From positions 1,860,001 to 1,924,000 of the forward strand of contig NEEC01000002.1 in assembly GCA_002189035.1 (NCBI GenBank): 64,000 nucleotides of DNA. The letters are read 5' to 3'. Each line of letters opens with the position of its first letter. Position 1 is the first letter of the stretch. The position numbers and the translations under genes are program-made. The DNA is from Utricularia gibba (Eukaryota; Plantae; Magnoliophyta). Under the pieces are notes generated by a model. It had not been told where the DNA came from and did not search any database. It saw only the letters and a list, made by a program, of their open reading frames with translations. Of this stretch, positions 49,915 through 61,598 are shown piece by piece.

Positions 49915-51127
49915 TCATTTGTCGGAATGTAAAGACTGAGGTGATTGAAGCAAGACCGTACTTGGAGAAGACTTTGCCAGAATTCCCAGTGTCTTCATAC
50001 GTTCAATCTCATTGCCTGCATCAAAAAAAAAAAAAAAAAAAAAAAGAGGTGCAACAAATCAAGAAACCATAGAGAACTTTCTCTTAAAAAAAAACCATAA
50101 AGAAAGGCAACTAGACAGTCATGGCGGCTTCCACTGGGCTGAAATTCAGTAAAACAATCAGACTGATCACAAGCTGTGACAAATGAATGAAAAGATAATA
50201 CTTCCTAGAGCAATAAGGCAATCCTTCTCAAGTTTAGCGCTCTATTTTTGCACATGATACAAAAATTTCAGTGCAATCAAATGTTGATAAAAAAAGCCAC
50301 GAGTCAGTACCTTCATCAAAGGTTAATTGGATAGCTCTTTTCTCTAACTCTACAGCATGTTTACTGAGCTCGGAGGAGGTCATACGCAACAGTGCTGATG
50401 GATTATGTACAAATAAAACAAAACATTAAGGGCTATTTTCCTTTAAACCAAATACTCAAAGTAGCATTCAAGCACACTCACTCTGTATGTACTCTTTCGG
50501 ATTAGAATCATTGCATTGCTTCATAAATGCTTGTAAATGAATGAAGCGTTCTGCTGACAACCTTTCCCTGGTGCTCTTAGTATCTTCTCGAGCAACCTCC
50601 GGGGAAATCTTAGCAGCAGAATTGCTATTTTGATGCTTTCCTAAAGTGCCCGCAACAGATGAACCACTAGATGGAAAGACCATCGTCAATGTTGTAGAAC
50701 TTGGAGCAGTCACAGGAGGTTGACTAAGACTGAAATCTTTCAAATGAGTTGTGGTTGGACGGAATAAATGCCTCGGTGGGCCTAAGTACTTTGACTCAGA
50801 AAATTTTTCGATGCTATTCTGAAGTCTCCCCCTTCCAAGTTCTAAGTCTAATCTCCTGTTCGCATTCATAATATTCTCATTCGTTCCGTTGTATGCCAGT
50901 GACTGGGAACTCAGGTGACGTTCAGACCGTTTAGCCACAGAAACCTTAACAGCATCATCAGATGACTGCCTTCCTTTGGCTGAAAAATTCTCTTGTTGCC
51001 TGGGAATTGATCCCACGTTTTCATTTTGAACATCTTTCAATGCTAATTTTTTGGGAGCAGCTTGAATTGGCTTCTCATCAAGAGAAGGGCTGGCTCCAGC
51101 ACAGCTCCCTCCATTAGCATTGATCAT
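49915..51127 (-). CDS. Uncharacterised plant protein (AT2G45250-like conserved C-terminal region)
   Basis: Exons 51127-50482, 50394-50311, 50015-49915. KKLALKDVQNEN near the N-terminus; C-terminal ERFIHLQAF...EYIQ.LLRMTSSELSKHAVELEKRAIQL..DEG.EIERMK.LGIL. Confidence 0.8.
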
Positions 51128-51640
51128 GTTGCGATTAAATAAAACTTCAATAAGTAACAAGCACTTCAGCGAAATATCACAACCTAAAATCGTATCCAAA
51201 AAAAACATCAGTAAACTACTTCTAAATTAAGCGCCTGATTATCAAATACCCCATGCATATGAGCAAATGGGATAAGCACTCACTGGAAGCACTTGGTATT
51301 TCTAATTAACGAACAAAATACGCACGTGAAGTAAAGCAAAAAAACAACTATTGTAATTCTGATGCCATCAAAAGACGAGCAAAACAGGATGGTAGCAAAT
51401 AGGAACAGCCAACTCCATCGAAGCACTTCTCTCCAGTTTCAATTAGAGTAAACTCAACCATCTTTCATTGGACAGAGTTGCAAAAGAAATAGCAGTACAA
51501 AGGAATGACCGCTACAGTATGACTATCTACGCTAAACACCAAAACAAGAAAAGGCGAAGACAGCATTTTCTACACTAAACATCCACAATTTGCGACATCG
51601 AAGGAGATAGCGAACCATTTTCCAAAATAACTCAATCGAA

Positions 51641-52005
51641 ATAAATACTCAATTCCCATAACCCACGAAAAACTCCAAAAATATTAACAAACAAATCATT
51701 CCTGAGGCAAAGTAAACCCAACTTCCGCAAGTTTAACTTTACGCAGAAACTTGAGGTCTCCGAGTGAAAAGATACCGCGGCACAAGAGAAGCTACCGAAT
51801 GAGCTCCCATATAACAGCTCCAACTCTAGAAATTGGAGGTGTGGAAGCGTAAACGATGCAAAGCAGTAACTGAATTTGGTAATTAATGGAGAAAGACTCA
51901 CCAGTCAACGGAGGCGCGGCCGCAGATCAATCGAGGGTCTTAGGTAGGGAGCACGGCGGCGCCAGAGAGAAATTGGTTTCAAAAAGCGGGCGCTCGGGAT
52001 TTTCC
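51641..52005 (-). repeat. Copy A of duplicated leader (TSS, non-coding exon 1, start of intron 1)
   Basis: Aligns by eye, collinearly, with 53679-53997. Shared blocks include ACCCACGAAAA, AGGCAAAGTAAA, GCACAAGAGAAGCTA, ATAACAGCTCCAAC, CAGTCAACGGAGGCG and GGTTTCAAAAA. Confidence 0.9.
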
Positions 52006-52576
52006 TTATTGTTCCCAGTCCCTTTTATACCCCAATTTATGGTTATTATTCTACTCTTTATTTGTGAATTTTTTTTTCCTTTTCGTCGTCAGACATTCAT
52101 AAAAATGATATTTTTGGATCTTTAATTAATAAAATAAATGCTATAATCTAAAATACTTTTCATATTATTTGAATTTAGATAAAAATATATATATAAAAAA
52201 AACCTCAAACCCCTACTCTGTTCCAGTGGGAGTGTCAAAACACCCTGTAAAAAAAATCCAAAGAGTTTTTCTGACTCCAAGGATGGGAACACTTGCCCTG
52301 ATGTTGAATGGGAGTGCAAGCTGACTCCAAGGATCCACATTCTATGGCTGATGATAGAACTGTTGAGCCAAGTTCTCTGAAGTAAACTCACTCCTTCAAT
52401 GCACGAAGATAGGAGGATCGGCAACAGAAACTAGAGTTGCCAAAGGTGCTGAAAAACTCCACCACAGTGCAATCCTGACATCATTTTTTTAGGATCTAGA
52501 TTCCACCTTAAACACAAGCTATTTTTTACATCTTTGTATGATCTGAAGCACACTAAGAAAGACTTGAACCCGCCGG

Positions 52577-53382
52577 CTAGACATCTTTGTACAGCAACTG
52601 AAACTTGGGTATCCGTTCAGGAGGGAGTGGGCAAGTCACAATAGACTTGCCCTTCATTGCCCCTCGGTATATAGCCTGCAAATACATTGCTTCTGAACAT
52701 AAATAGGCATTATGGTGTAAATGATGAATGACAACAAGAAAATCCATGCAAGATGCGTCATCCGATGCACTCTGGAAAGAACATATGTTTACATGCATAG
52801 CGTAAATTGACTGAGGCATTCATGAAAAGAGTGATACCTCCACAACATCGATGAAGTCCTGCTTACTTTGAAATTTACCAACCCACTTAGTATGATCGGC
52901 ATTTCTGTATGAGGGTGCAAAACTCAGTCCATCAAAGAGCAATCACTAAGGGAAATACGTTAATAATCTTGTCAGTGAATTTAGGCAGTAGAGGATCCTA
53001 CCCCGAATCCATCTTCATGTGGTGAGCATTGAAGAAGAAAACAACCGATGGGATAAACGTGATGTCAAAATAATTGATGTAAACTCGCATCTCTTCAGAA
53101 TCCACATCTACCAATGCTACTGTTGCAAATCTGGACACATCTACTGCGGATCTGCATAGCTGATGTTTTTAAAAATTCCAGTAGGCAATTCATGATTATA
53201 ATTTCCATCACCAATAAACAAATAATGAAAACAAAAGGAAAAGATCTTACAACGTCATCAAGCTGGAGACAGATAGTATCAGAGGCTCGACCGAACCGGA
53301 GGACAAGTACTTTATCGATGGTGTCTTTGATTAGAGAGTCTACCTGCCGTTTCTCCCGCAGTGTTGGAAGCAAAAACTCCAT
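52577..53382 (-). CDS. TXNL4B: Thioredoxin-like protein 4B (DIM1/YLS8 paralogue, U5 snRNP family)
   Basis: Exons 53382-53251, 53159-53002, 52904-52838, 52675-52577. KVLVLRFGR, FFFNAHHMKMDSG.ADHTKW, KQDFIDVVE.IYRGAMKGK.IVTCPLPPERIPKFQLLYKDV. Confidence 0.93.
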
Positions 53383-53678
53383 TGACAGCGCTGTGGAATG
53401 TGGGCATTAAGAGTGCAACAATGTTATAAAAATCTAAAAGAGGACGAAAGACCAACAAAATTAACAAAATACACGAAGAAGAAATGCTATCTTAAAATGA
53501 ACTGGAAATATTTGTCACAATAAACATTTTGATGAATAACAATCTCTCAAGTTCCGGGCTTTTGTTTGGTGTTTAGCTCTTTACTAGAAAATGGCATTTA
53601 GAAATTTAGGAATTACGTTAGAATCATGCCAACAATATTCTTCAGTAGAAAAAACAAAACCAAAAGAACCCACCGGTA

Positions 53679-53997
53679 ATAAATAGTCAATTCCCATTAC
53701 CCACGAAAACCACAAGAAACATTAACAAATACATCATTCCCAAGGCAAAGTAAATCCAAGTTGTGCAAGTTAACTTCACAAAAAAAACTTGAGGGCTCAG
53801 AGCGAACGAGATACTGCAGCACAAGAGAAGCTAACGAACGAACCCCCCTAAATAACAGCTCCAACCCCAGAAATTGTTCGCGTGCAACAATCGTAAATGT
53901 TGCCAAAGAGTCTCACAGTCAACGGAGGCGAGGCCACCGATCGATCAAGGAGGGTCTTGGGTTTCAAAAAAGTGAGCGGGCGGTGATCGGGTTTTCC
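53679..53997 (-). repeat. Copy B of duplicated leader (TSS, non-coding exon 1, start of intron 1)
   Basis: Homologous to 51641-52005 and lies 5' of TXNL4B. Confidence 0.9.
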
Positions 53998-55315
53998 GTT
54001 TTTTCTTCCAGCAAGAATCACCATTTTCTTTTAGTTGTGTTTGTGGGCTTGCCCAAGGCCCGCTCTTAGTGCCTGGCTGCCTACGTCACCAAAGCTGCTT
54101 TTTAAGAAATGAAGAAACGAGAAATGCTGAGATCAGCGTGACGGGGCATTTGGCGGGGCCCGGGGCCTCCCATCTTGGTAAACGTCCACTTCGTAATCCA
54201 CCACTCCCAATATCTCCCTTCTTTCTTTTATTTATTTAACAAAATCCACCCACGCGTACTCACCTTCCCCACACATTTACACAAAACTAGTTGTTGCGTC
54301 GTACTCCATCCCACGCGTACCCATCTAAATCATTTCTTACTTGCTTCAATTTTAATAATCGACATTTTTTAAAAAACTTTTTCAATAATTATTTTTCGAG
54401 AAACAAAACTAACGAGAAACTAAAATCTAAACAACGTTCTATAAAATTTTTAGAATCTATTTTTATTTTTAAAAAATACTTTAAAAAAGTAAAAATAGTT
54501 AATAAAAATATAAAAAGATTGTAAGTGTTATATAAAACAGTAAAAATAGATGCTTTGTTAAACCAAAAAAATAATGAAAAATCAGAATACATGTAAAAAT
54601 ATACCATTAATTACTTTTCTAAAATGAATTTTTGTAATAAAATTACTTTTACATTGATATTGTTATCAAATAAAATAATTTTTATTTTTTGAAAATTAAA
54701 AATAAATTCTTATTAAAAAGTTTAGTATCTATTTAATTAGAATCGTTTTGAGAATGGAAACCTCTAAATTTGTCTTTTTTTCAAAAAAGAAGTAGTTTTA
54801 TGTTAAAACAATCTAAAAAACAAAAACGTTGTTTTGTGTTTCCGACCTATAAGTATACATACATTTGCGTGCGTGCCGGTTTTTTCTTGTGTGTGTCGTG
54901 GAGACGAGAATGCAAAGCATTGAATGCAAAAAAATATGTTGTTTGTTTTGTTTTGCTTTGTTTTAAATGAAGAGGAACTGGGGTGGGTGGGCAGAGTAGT
55001 TGGGGACGAAGAAAAAACGTAATGGGTGGGACTGCCACGCCTGCACGCCAACCATCCCATCCCACCCTATCCCGATTCCTCACCGTGTTTCTTCTAGAGG
55101 CTTCTTGCCGCGGCAATGCGTCTGTCTCCATCGCCGGCTCCACATACACGCCATCCATGACGCACAACTGCATTTCTAACAATGCAGCAAAACCACACCG
55201 CTTCCTTCAATTTCTCACGTGATCGTGCCTCTGTGTCTGTGTCTGTGTCTTGTTGGGGCTATGTGACGGATTCACTACCATTTATATGGTATTGTGATGC
55301 CATACATTATTGTTA

Positions 55316-56015
55316 GGTCTCGTTTGGTATGCTTGTTTAGATATCTTAACAAGAATTCTAAATTAAAACTCTATTTGGTAATGGTTGTTAAAGTACACAA
55401 TCTTGTTTATCGAACAAATTTTGATGTGTTAAGTTTAACGTAGAGGGGATATGACTTTAATCTCACAATCTCTCCTTATTCTTGTTTTATTACTTTCATC
55501 ACTACAATTCATTTTTTATTACTCGTGATTTTTCTCACCAAAACATTGTACTTATTGTTATGGATTAGATTCCATCACTTAACTTTAGGTAATTGTTTGT
55601 ATTCTTTAGATTTTTATAATTAATTGTCGTTTTTTACAATAGACAAGATGATTACTATTATTACTAGAAGAGACGAGTGCAGTAGATGATGTATCCATCA
55701 CGAAATAATTTCATCTTCTATGAGTTTCGCAAGGGTTTATTCAATTTATCATCAGAATGGGTTTTATGAAACTTTGCTATATTTATATGGTTTATAAGGT
55801 AAATAATTGTAAAAAATCTTTAAATAATGAATTTTGGATAATTTTTATTCAACTATTTATTTAATAATAATTTATCAACACATGAAATATTATAAATATT
55901 AAATTAAGATATAATATTATCAAACACATATTCAATATAAATAACATATGTATGTTTATCTAAATAATAATAATCTTATCAAACCGTAAACTAAAAAATC
56001 ATATCAATCTAGACC
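55316..56015. mobile_element. Tourist/PIF-Harbinger-like non-autonomous element (~700 bp)
   Basis: Left end TTA|GGTCTCGTTTGGTATG and right end CATATCAATCTAGACC|TGA match 13/16 as inverted repeats. TSD is TTA/TGA. Interior is AT-rich and non-coding. Confidence 0.52.
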
Positions 56016-56740
56016 TGAATCTTGGATGAGATCTTTAATTTCGAGGGAAATCATGTAAAATTATAATTATTTGATGTATAAAATGGACAATATTCTGACA
56101 CTTCATTGAGATCTATGGACCATGGTAAGGTGGAATGTAGTTTAAGTCACGAGCTCCGTACAAAGATTCGCCCATGATCTCCTCTCTCTCGCCTCAATCA
56201 CACATTAAGTCATGGGGTTTGGTGATTATTTCGATGGTGGCTCCAAGGGCTTGGTTCTGTCCTCTTGTGCGTTTTTTTTAATTAATAAATATACTTTTAA
56301 TTTTTGTTTATTATAAAAATACTTCATTGTGAGATATAATAAACAAACTATTAAATCGAACTAGTTTTAAAAGCCTGTCTACTTTATTGCATTATATATC
56401 TGTGTGTTTTATTTCAGTTATGATGGTGATTTTATAATTTAAATTAAATAGAGGGATAAAATGGTAATTCAAAAGAGAATAAACGATGAATAATAAAAAT
56501 CCTATTTCATAAAATTAGACGAATTAAAATTATAAACCCTTTCATTTCTAAATTCTCAAAACGACACCGGGGCAACGTCAGTGCCTCTTGGTCAGAAATG
56601 GGAATCATAACCGCGCCAAAGCGGCCAGCTGGCGGTTAGCGTACCGGCAGCTGTCGGTACCGGAAGACAGGTGTCGGATAACAATTGCCTGGCATCTGCT
56701 TGAGATGGGCGTTTCGAGGTCCCAAAAGTCGCACGCCGGT

Positions 56741-56747
56741 TATATAA
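56741..56747 (+). promoter_or_regulatory. TATA box of the ERF gene
   Basis: TATATAA following a GC-rich proximal promoter and preceding a CT-rich leader. Confidence 0.5.
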
Positions 56748-57209
56748 TGCGCCCGGAATACCGCTCTAGAGCGCAGAAAAAAGTGGGAGCAGGAAAATTA
56801 TTTGCAGGACAGGAAAATCTCTCTTCTCCATCTTCTTCTCACCAGCACACACATCACAGATTTGTGATTTGTAAAGGGCTCTTGCTTTGGGTTGGTTTCC
56901 CCCCTCACCCCTCTGATTCACCCCGCTTCTTGGATCCCTTTCGGTAAATCAACTGTTTTCTGAGGTGTAGGTCGAGCAGGGTTTCTAGAAATCCAGGTGG
57001 TTTTCCGTTTGAGATCTGTTGCTGTGTTTTTTGGGTTTTTTTTTCTTTTTTGCAGCAAGCAGGATTCCAGGGGTTGTGTATTTGAGACCTCCTGATCCGA
57101 AAATTTGAACCTGTTTTTGAGTTTTTCAGAGAAACAGGTGTTTTTGTTATGGTTTTTTGAAGTTTTCAATCCTCTTGATTCACCGCTGTTTCTTCCCCCA
57201 AATTTTAAG

Positions 57210-58154
57210 ATGGCAGCAACTATGGACTACTGGAGTAGCAGTGCCTCTGTGTATGATCCATTCAGTGGCGGTGAATTAATGGAAGCACTTGAACCTTTTA
57301 TGAAAAGTGCTTCTTCTCCTTCTTCTTCTTCTTCTGGTAATCTTTTCCCCTGTTCTTCACCTTTCCCCTGTACGCCGAACTCAGACCACTTGTTTGGTAT
57401 CCCTTCATCCTCGTTTTCCTTTGAAACCCAAAGCCAACCTCAACCGCAGAATGATTTCTGTTCTTATGAAATCCCTCCCCAGTTCCCAGTCTACCAGATG
57501 AATCATGATATGGGTGTTTCGTTCCCGTTTCAGCCTCAATCCCACCACTATTCTCCACCTCTAGGACCACGGCACGCTCCCATGAAGCAAGTGCCTTCTC
57601 CAATTAAGTCCACAAAGCTCTACAGAGGAGTCCGGCAGCGCCACTGGGGTAAATGGGTGGCGGAGATACGTCTACCCAAGAACCGGACACGTCTCTGGCT
57701 CGGCACCTTCGACACAGCCGAGGAAGCCGCTTTGGCTTACGATAAAGCAGCTTACAAGCTTCGCGGTGATTCCGCGAGGCTCAATTTCCCTCACCTCCGC
57801 CACAACGGCTCCCACATCGGCGGCGATTTTGGTGAGTACCGGCCACTCCATGCCAGCGTCGATGCCAAACTTGATGCCATTTGCCAGACTCTGGCGGAGG
57901 GCAAGAGAATCGATGGTCAAAAGAAGAAGAACTCGAGATCGAAAAAGGAGGAGGTTGAAACCCAGATTGAGATGCCCGAATTTGTGAAAGTAGAGAAGGG
58001 TGGAAAAACTTCGGGATCCGAGAGCGAAGATGGGTCTTCTTCTCCGGTCTCTGATCTTACTTATCCAGAGTTCGCGGAGGAGGAGGAATCATATTGGGAG
58101 ATGGGGTTCCTGCCAAAATACCCATCAATTGAGATCGATTGGGATGCTCTATAG
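57210..58154 (+). CDS. RAP2-4: AP2/ERF DREB A-6 transcription factor, RAP2.4/WIND1-like
   Basis: Intronless CDS. AP2 domain [51 protein letters not shown], then [27 protein letters not shown] and C-terminal [12 protein letters not shown]. Confidence 0.95.
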   Translation: MAATMDYWSSSASVYDPFSGGELMEALEPFMKSASSPSSSSSGNLFPCSSPFPCTPNSDHLFGIPSSSFSFETQSQPQPQNDFCSYEIPPQFPVYQMNHDMGVSFPFQPQSHHYSPPLGPRHAPMKQVPSPIKSTKLYRGVRQRHWGKWVAEIRLPKNRTRLWLGTFDTAEEAALAYDKAAYKLRGDSARLNFPHLRHNGSHIGGDFGEYRPLHASVDAKLDAICQTLAEGKRIDGQKKKNSRSKKEEVETQIEMPEFVKVEKGGKTSGSESEDGSSSPVSDLTYPEFAEEEESYWEMGFLPKYPSIEIDWDAL

Positions 58155-58713
58155 CAACGTTGAAAGCAGTTGCAGTCGTCTCCTCGTCCATGCTAGTAGA
58201 CGCAGTTGGTGTGTCCCTTAGGGAGGGGCTTGCAATGGGTTTTTGGCAGTTGCAAGTCCCTGCAAAATTTCAAGCTTTTTTTCCGGTTGATGTTGTAATG
58301 TCCCCAACTCCTCCCTCCCATTTGGGCAGGGCGGCTTAGCCTAATTTTTGCATGGCTTTGCCTCATGGGGTTCGGGTGTCTCCTTCATGATCTGTATGCT
58401 GTTAAGTAGTAACTTACGTATCGAAGCAAGTCTTTGTCTTGGTACATCGCCATGATCAGCGCACAGCCTCTTTGTAGGTGTTGAATTAGCAGCCACTTGT
58501 GTAGAGAATGAATTGTGCATGTCGGAGAACTGTAGGGATAAAGAGTCGATTTTGAGAATGAAACCTGTCAAGCAGTTCTCTAAGAAGACGTGCTACCAGT
58601 ACACAAAATGAAAACAGGAGAAACGATCAATTATTTTACTAACAGGGAGGCAATACAGGTCATTGAAAGGCAGCTAGATACTGGATAAGATGATTGATGT
58701 AGGGACAATGGAG

Positions 58714-59607
58714 TCAAGTTGAACGGATACCGCCCATGAAGGTCTTCGGATCAGGGCAGGCACCAGAGAACTGTGCTTGTGAGAAATCGAACCCTGGGTT
58801 CTGCATGGGAAAGATCAAAGTTCAAGGTTCCATTGTACCATGGCCCGAAAAGTAATGCTAGGATAAAAAGAAACTTGAAAACAAAACCTCTTCCTGAAAC
58901 CGTTGAAGCATGAGGCGCTTCTGCTCAAGATCGGTTGTGTATGAATCCAACTGCCCATGCCCTAAGATGGGTGATGACCATGTCTGGCCTTTGTCCCTTT
59001 TCTGCAAGGTAATGTGCATGACCTCATCTTCTGCAACCACAGGGTTATATGTTAACATAGCTTGAAGATCATGGACGGGCCAAAGCTCTCGAAATCTTTT
59101 AGAAATCGAGATGAAAAAAAAAAACTTAATTTGAAGATCTCAGATGTGCGGTAAAATATTCTAAAATATCAGTAGCACAATGTCATCAAATAGTATGAAC
59201 AAGATGAGAATACCTATGGTCCAAAATGAGCAATCTGTCTTCACTGGAGACATAAGATCATGCTGGAGTCAAGGAAACAAGTGAGGCTTATCAACAAAAC
59301 TTTAGGGAAAGTTTATGAGTTGAAGAAGTAGACACACGTTGAGGTATGGAGGGTTGCCTTTGATCCCAACTTCAATATGCTTAGACTCGATCTTGCAAGA
59401 AAATAGCTTTTTTGGAACACTTTCTGGAAGAGTAATGTACATATTCACCTCTTCCAGCGTCTGATCCCATTCAAAAACCTTCTGGCCTGACAATGTGCGT
59501 TCCAGGAAGCTGAGAATCCACGAAAAAAAAAAAATAGCAGACTTTGAAATTAGTTTACCATTATGGATGAAGTTATGGCGCTTCTCAGGAGCCAACTTCT
59601 CTGCCAT
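58714..59607 (-). CDS. NUDCD2: NudC domain-containing protein 2-like (CS/p23 co-chaperone)
   Basis: Exons 59607-59559, 59486-59338, 59262-59214, 59030-58888, 58800-58714. MAEKLAPEKRH, FEWDQTLEEVNMYI, DCSFWTIEDEVMHITLQK and KRLMLQRFQEENPGFDFSQAQFSG.CPDPKTFMGG. Confidence 0.92.
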
Positions 59608-61598
59608 TTTTTTTCTCAATTAGAGCTCCCCTCTTGCTTTCCTGTTTATGAAACTGGAACTACTATCAAATCCATGCTGACTATAAGCTTGCCAAAAATG
59701 GTAATTATTTTTACATTTAAAAATGCACATGCCAATGATCTCGTAACAAGATAAAAATGATACAACATTTTGTTAGCTTCAACACAGTACAAAGAAATCC
59801 AATTATATATTGGAAAAAAACTTGTTCGTAAACACTAGCAGAAAAAAATCAAACAATGTCAATTTGAAGCAAGGATGTCAATACATGAACTCAAGCTGGA
59901 GCATCATCGACACTAATCTCAAAAAGGGGAAAAAATCATGCCATAGCAATGTTCTCAACAAGTTGGGATCTTTGTGCCAATAACGACCCACTCAACATTC
60001 CTCAACATATCTCCCCAGGATATAACTGCTTACAAATAGACAAAAAAGTTATGCGCTTTTCGAAATTTTATTTATCAGATGATGATCCAAATGATAGGGC
60101 TCAAGAAGTCGAATTTAGCAAGTCGCAAAATCCTTCTAGCAATCACTTAATTGAAGGGTGATCATTGGGTTCAGAACGAACCAAAATCCTAACCCTAAAG
60201 AAGACAAGTTCAGGCTTTGAGTTAATACCTAATACCATAAAATACTACTGAATCAGATCTATTTGATACCAGGAAGAAGCTCAATATCTGTGTTTGATCG
60301 ACTATCTTTATCTGGGCATTCAAATAAACAGCACAAAAATTGCAGCAGGAAGTTGCCTAAACCTTCAATCAGCGAAAAAAATGAGTCCCCGAGGCGCAGA
60401 GCACCGGCAGCGAAGCTTCACGAAAAGCTGGTGAACAGGAAGGGTGGGGGATATCAATTCATCGTATATTCTGTTTCAGTTTGTTTCACGCGACTTCAAT
60501 ACAACCCGCGGGTCGGGCCGTGTCGAGTTGTTTCCTTCGGATTCGATCGGACCGGGCCGGTCCGACCCCTGACAGTGTATTATTTCCCTCTTGTTGTAAC
60601 AATTTTAGACAAGCATTGCAATCAGCATTTAAAACCCTTATGAAATACTCGTTTTTTTAAAATAATAATAATTTTTGTTATAAAAAAATTATATTATAAT
60701 TAAATCATGATTGAATTATAATTCAGTTTTTTTTATTTTAAAACGATTTGAATTTTAAATCTACGAACGATTCGCAATTCAATCACAATTCAATTGCGAT
60801 TTTTAAAACATTGATTACAATCATGAGCTCTTGTTGCCCTGGCGCCAGGATTCTGTTCAAAAGCCACTGGTACAAAGTAGATATCCTCATGTGTATGGGT
60901 ATAGTTAAGATGAAAGGACTGTTTTCAAGCTGGTAGAAGAAAATGTGATTTTCTTTTTCAGAATAAGAGACCTGGGCATCGTTGATGGAAGCAACCACAG
61001 ACATGATGCCATTGAAGAAATCAAAACAAGGGGAATGGTGACCGTGATGAAAGTTCCTGGATGGCTATGGCTGCGACTACTAGCGCTGCAAATGGATGAG
61101 CAAGCAACCAGTCAGAGGATGAAAACAGACGACTGTAGAGTTTGCATCAAATGCCAAAAATTGTACACACACCTCTTCTTATGCCTCATCCACCTTTGAG
61201 GTCTCACCTGTTATTTTGCATATTGAAAGCTTCAGATTTCTGAAGGTACAAGTACAGATAAATAACAGCTAGAGTTGCAACATGCCATCTTAAAATGGCA
61301 ATTCCAAGGAAATTCCTCAAAATGATTTCCTCTGCTCTGGGGAAAGGGGAGTTGTGGGAGAAAATTACTACTTTTAAGTTGGAGAAAGAGGGACCCTACT
61401 TTTTTTTGAAGAAGAAAAAATGGAGAAAGAGAGTGTAAAATGGGGATGGCGCTGGAAAACTGTTTTGACCAAGAAAAAGAAGCTTGTAGTGAAGCTCAAT
61501 GGAGAAGATGAGCGCGATGATGCCATTGAAGAAAGTGAGGACTGAGCTCAGGTGCCATAGATACACAACAGAAGAGAAACCCAATTGTTTGAAGAGTT

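Noticed and set aside
52346-52378. TGATGA...CTGA resembling box C/D
   Set aside because: About 32 nt, too short for a snoRNA.
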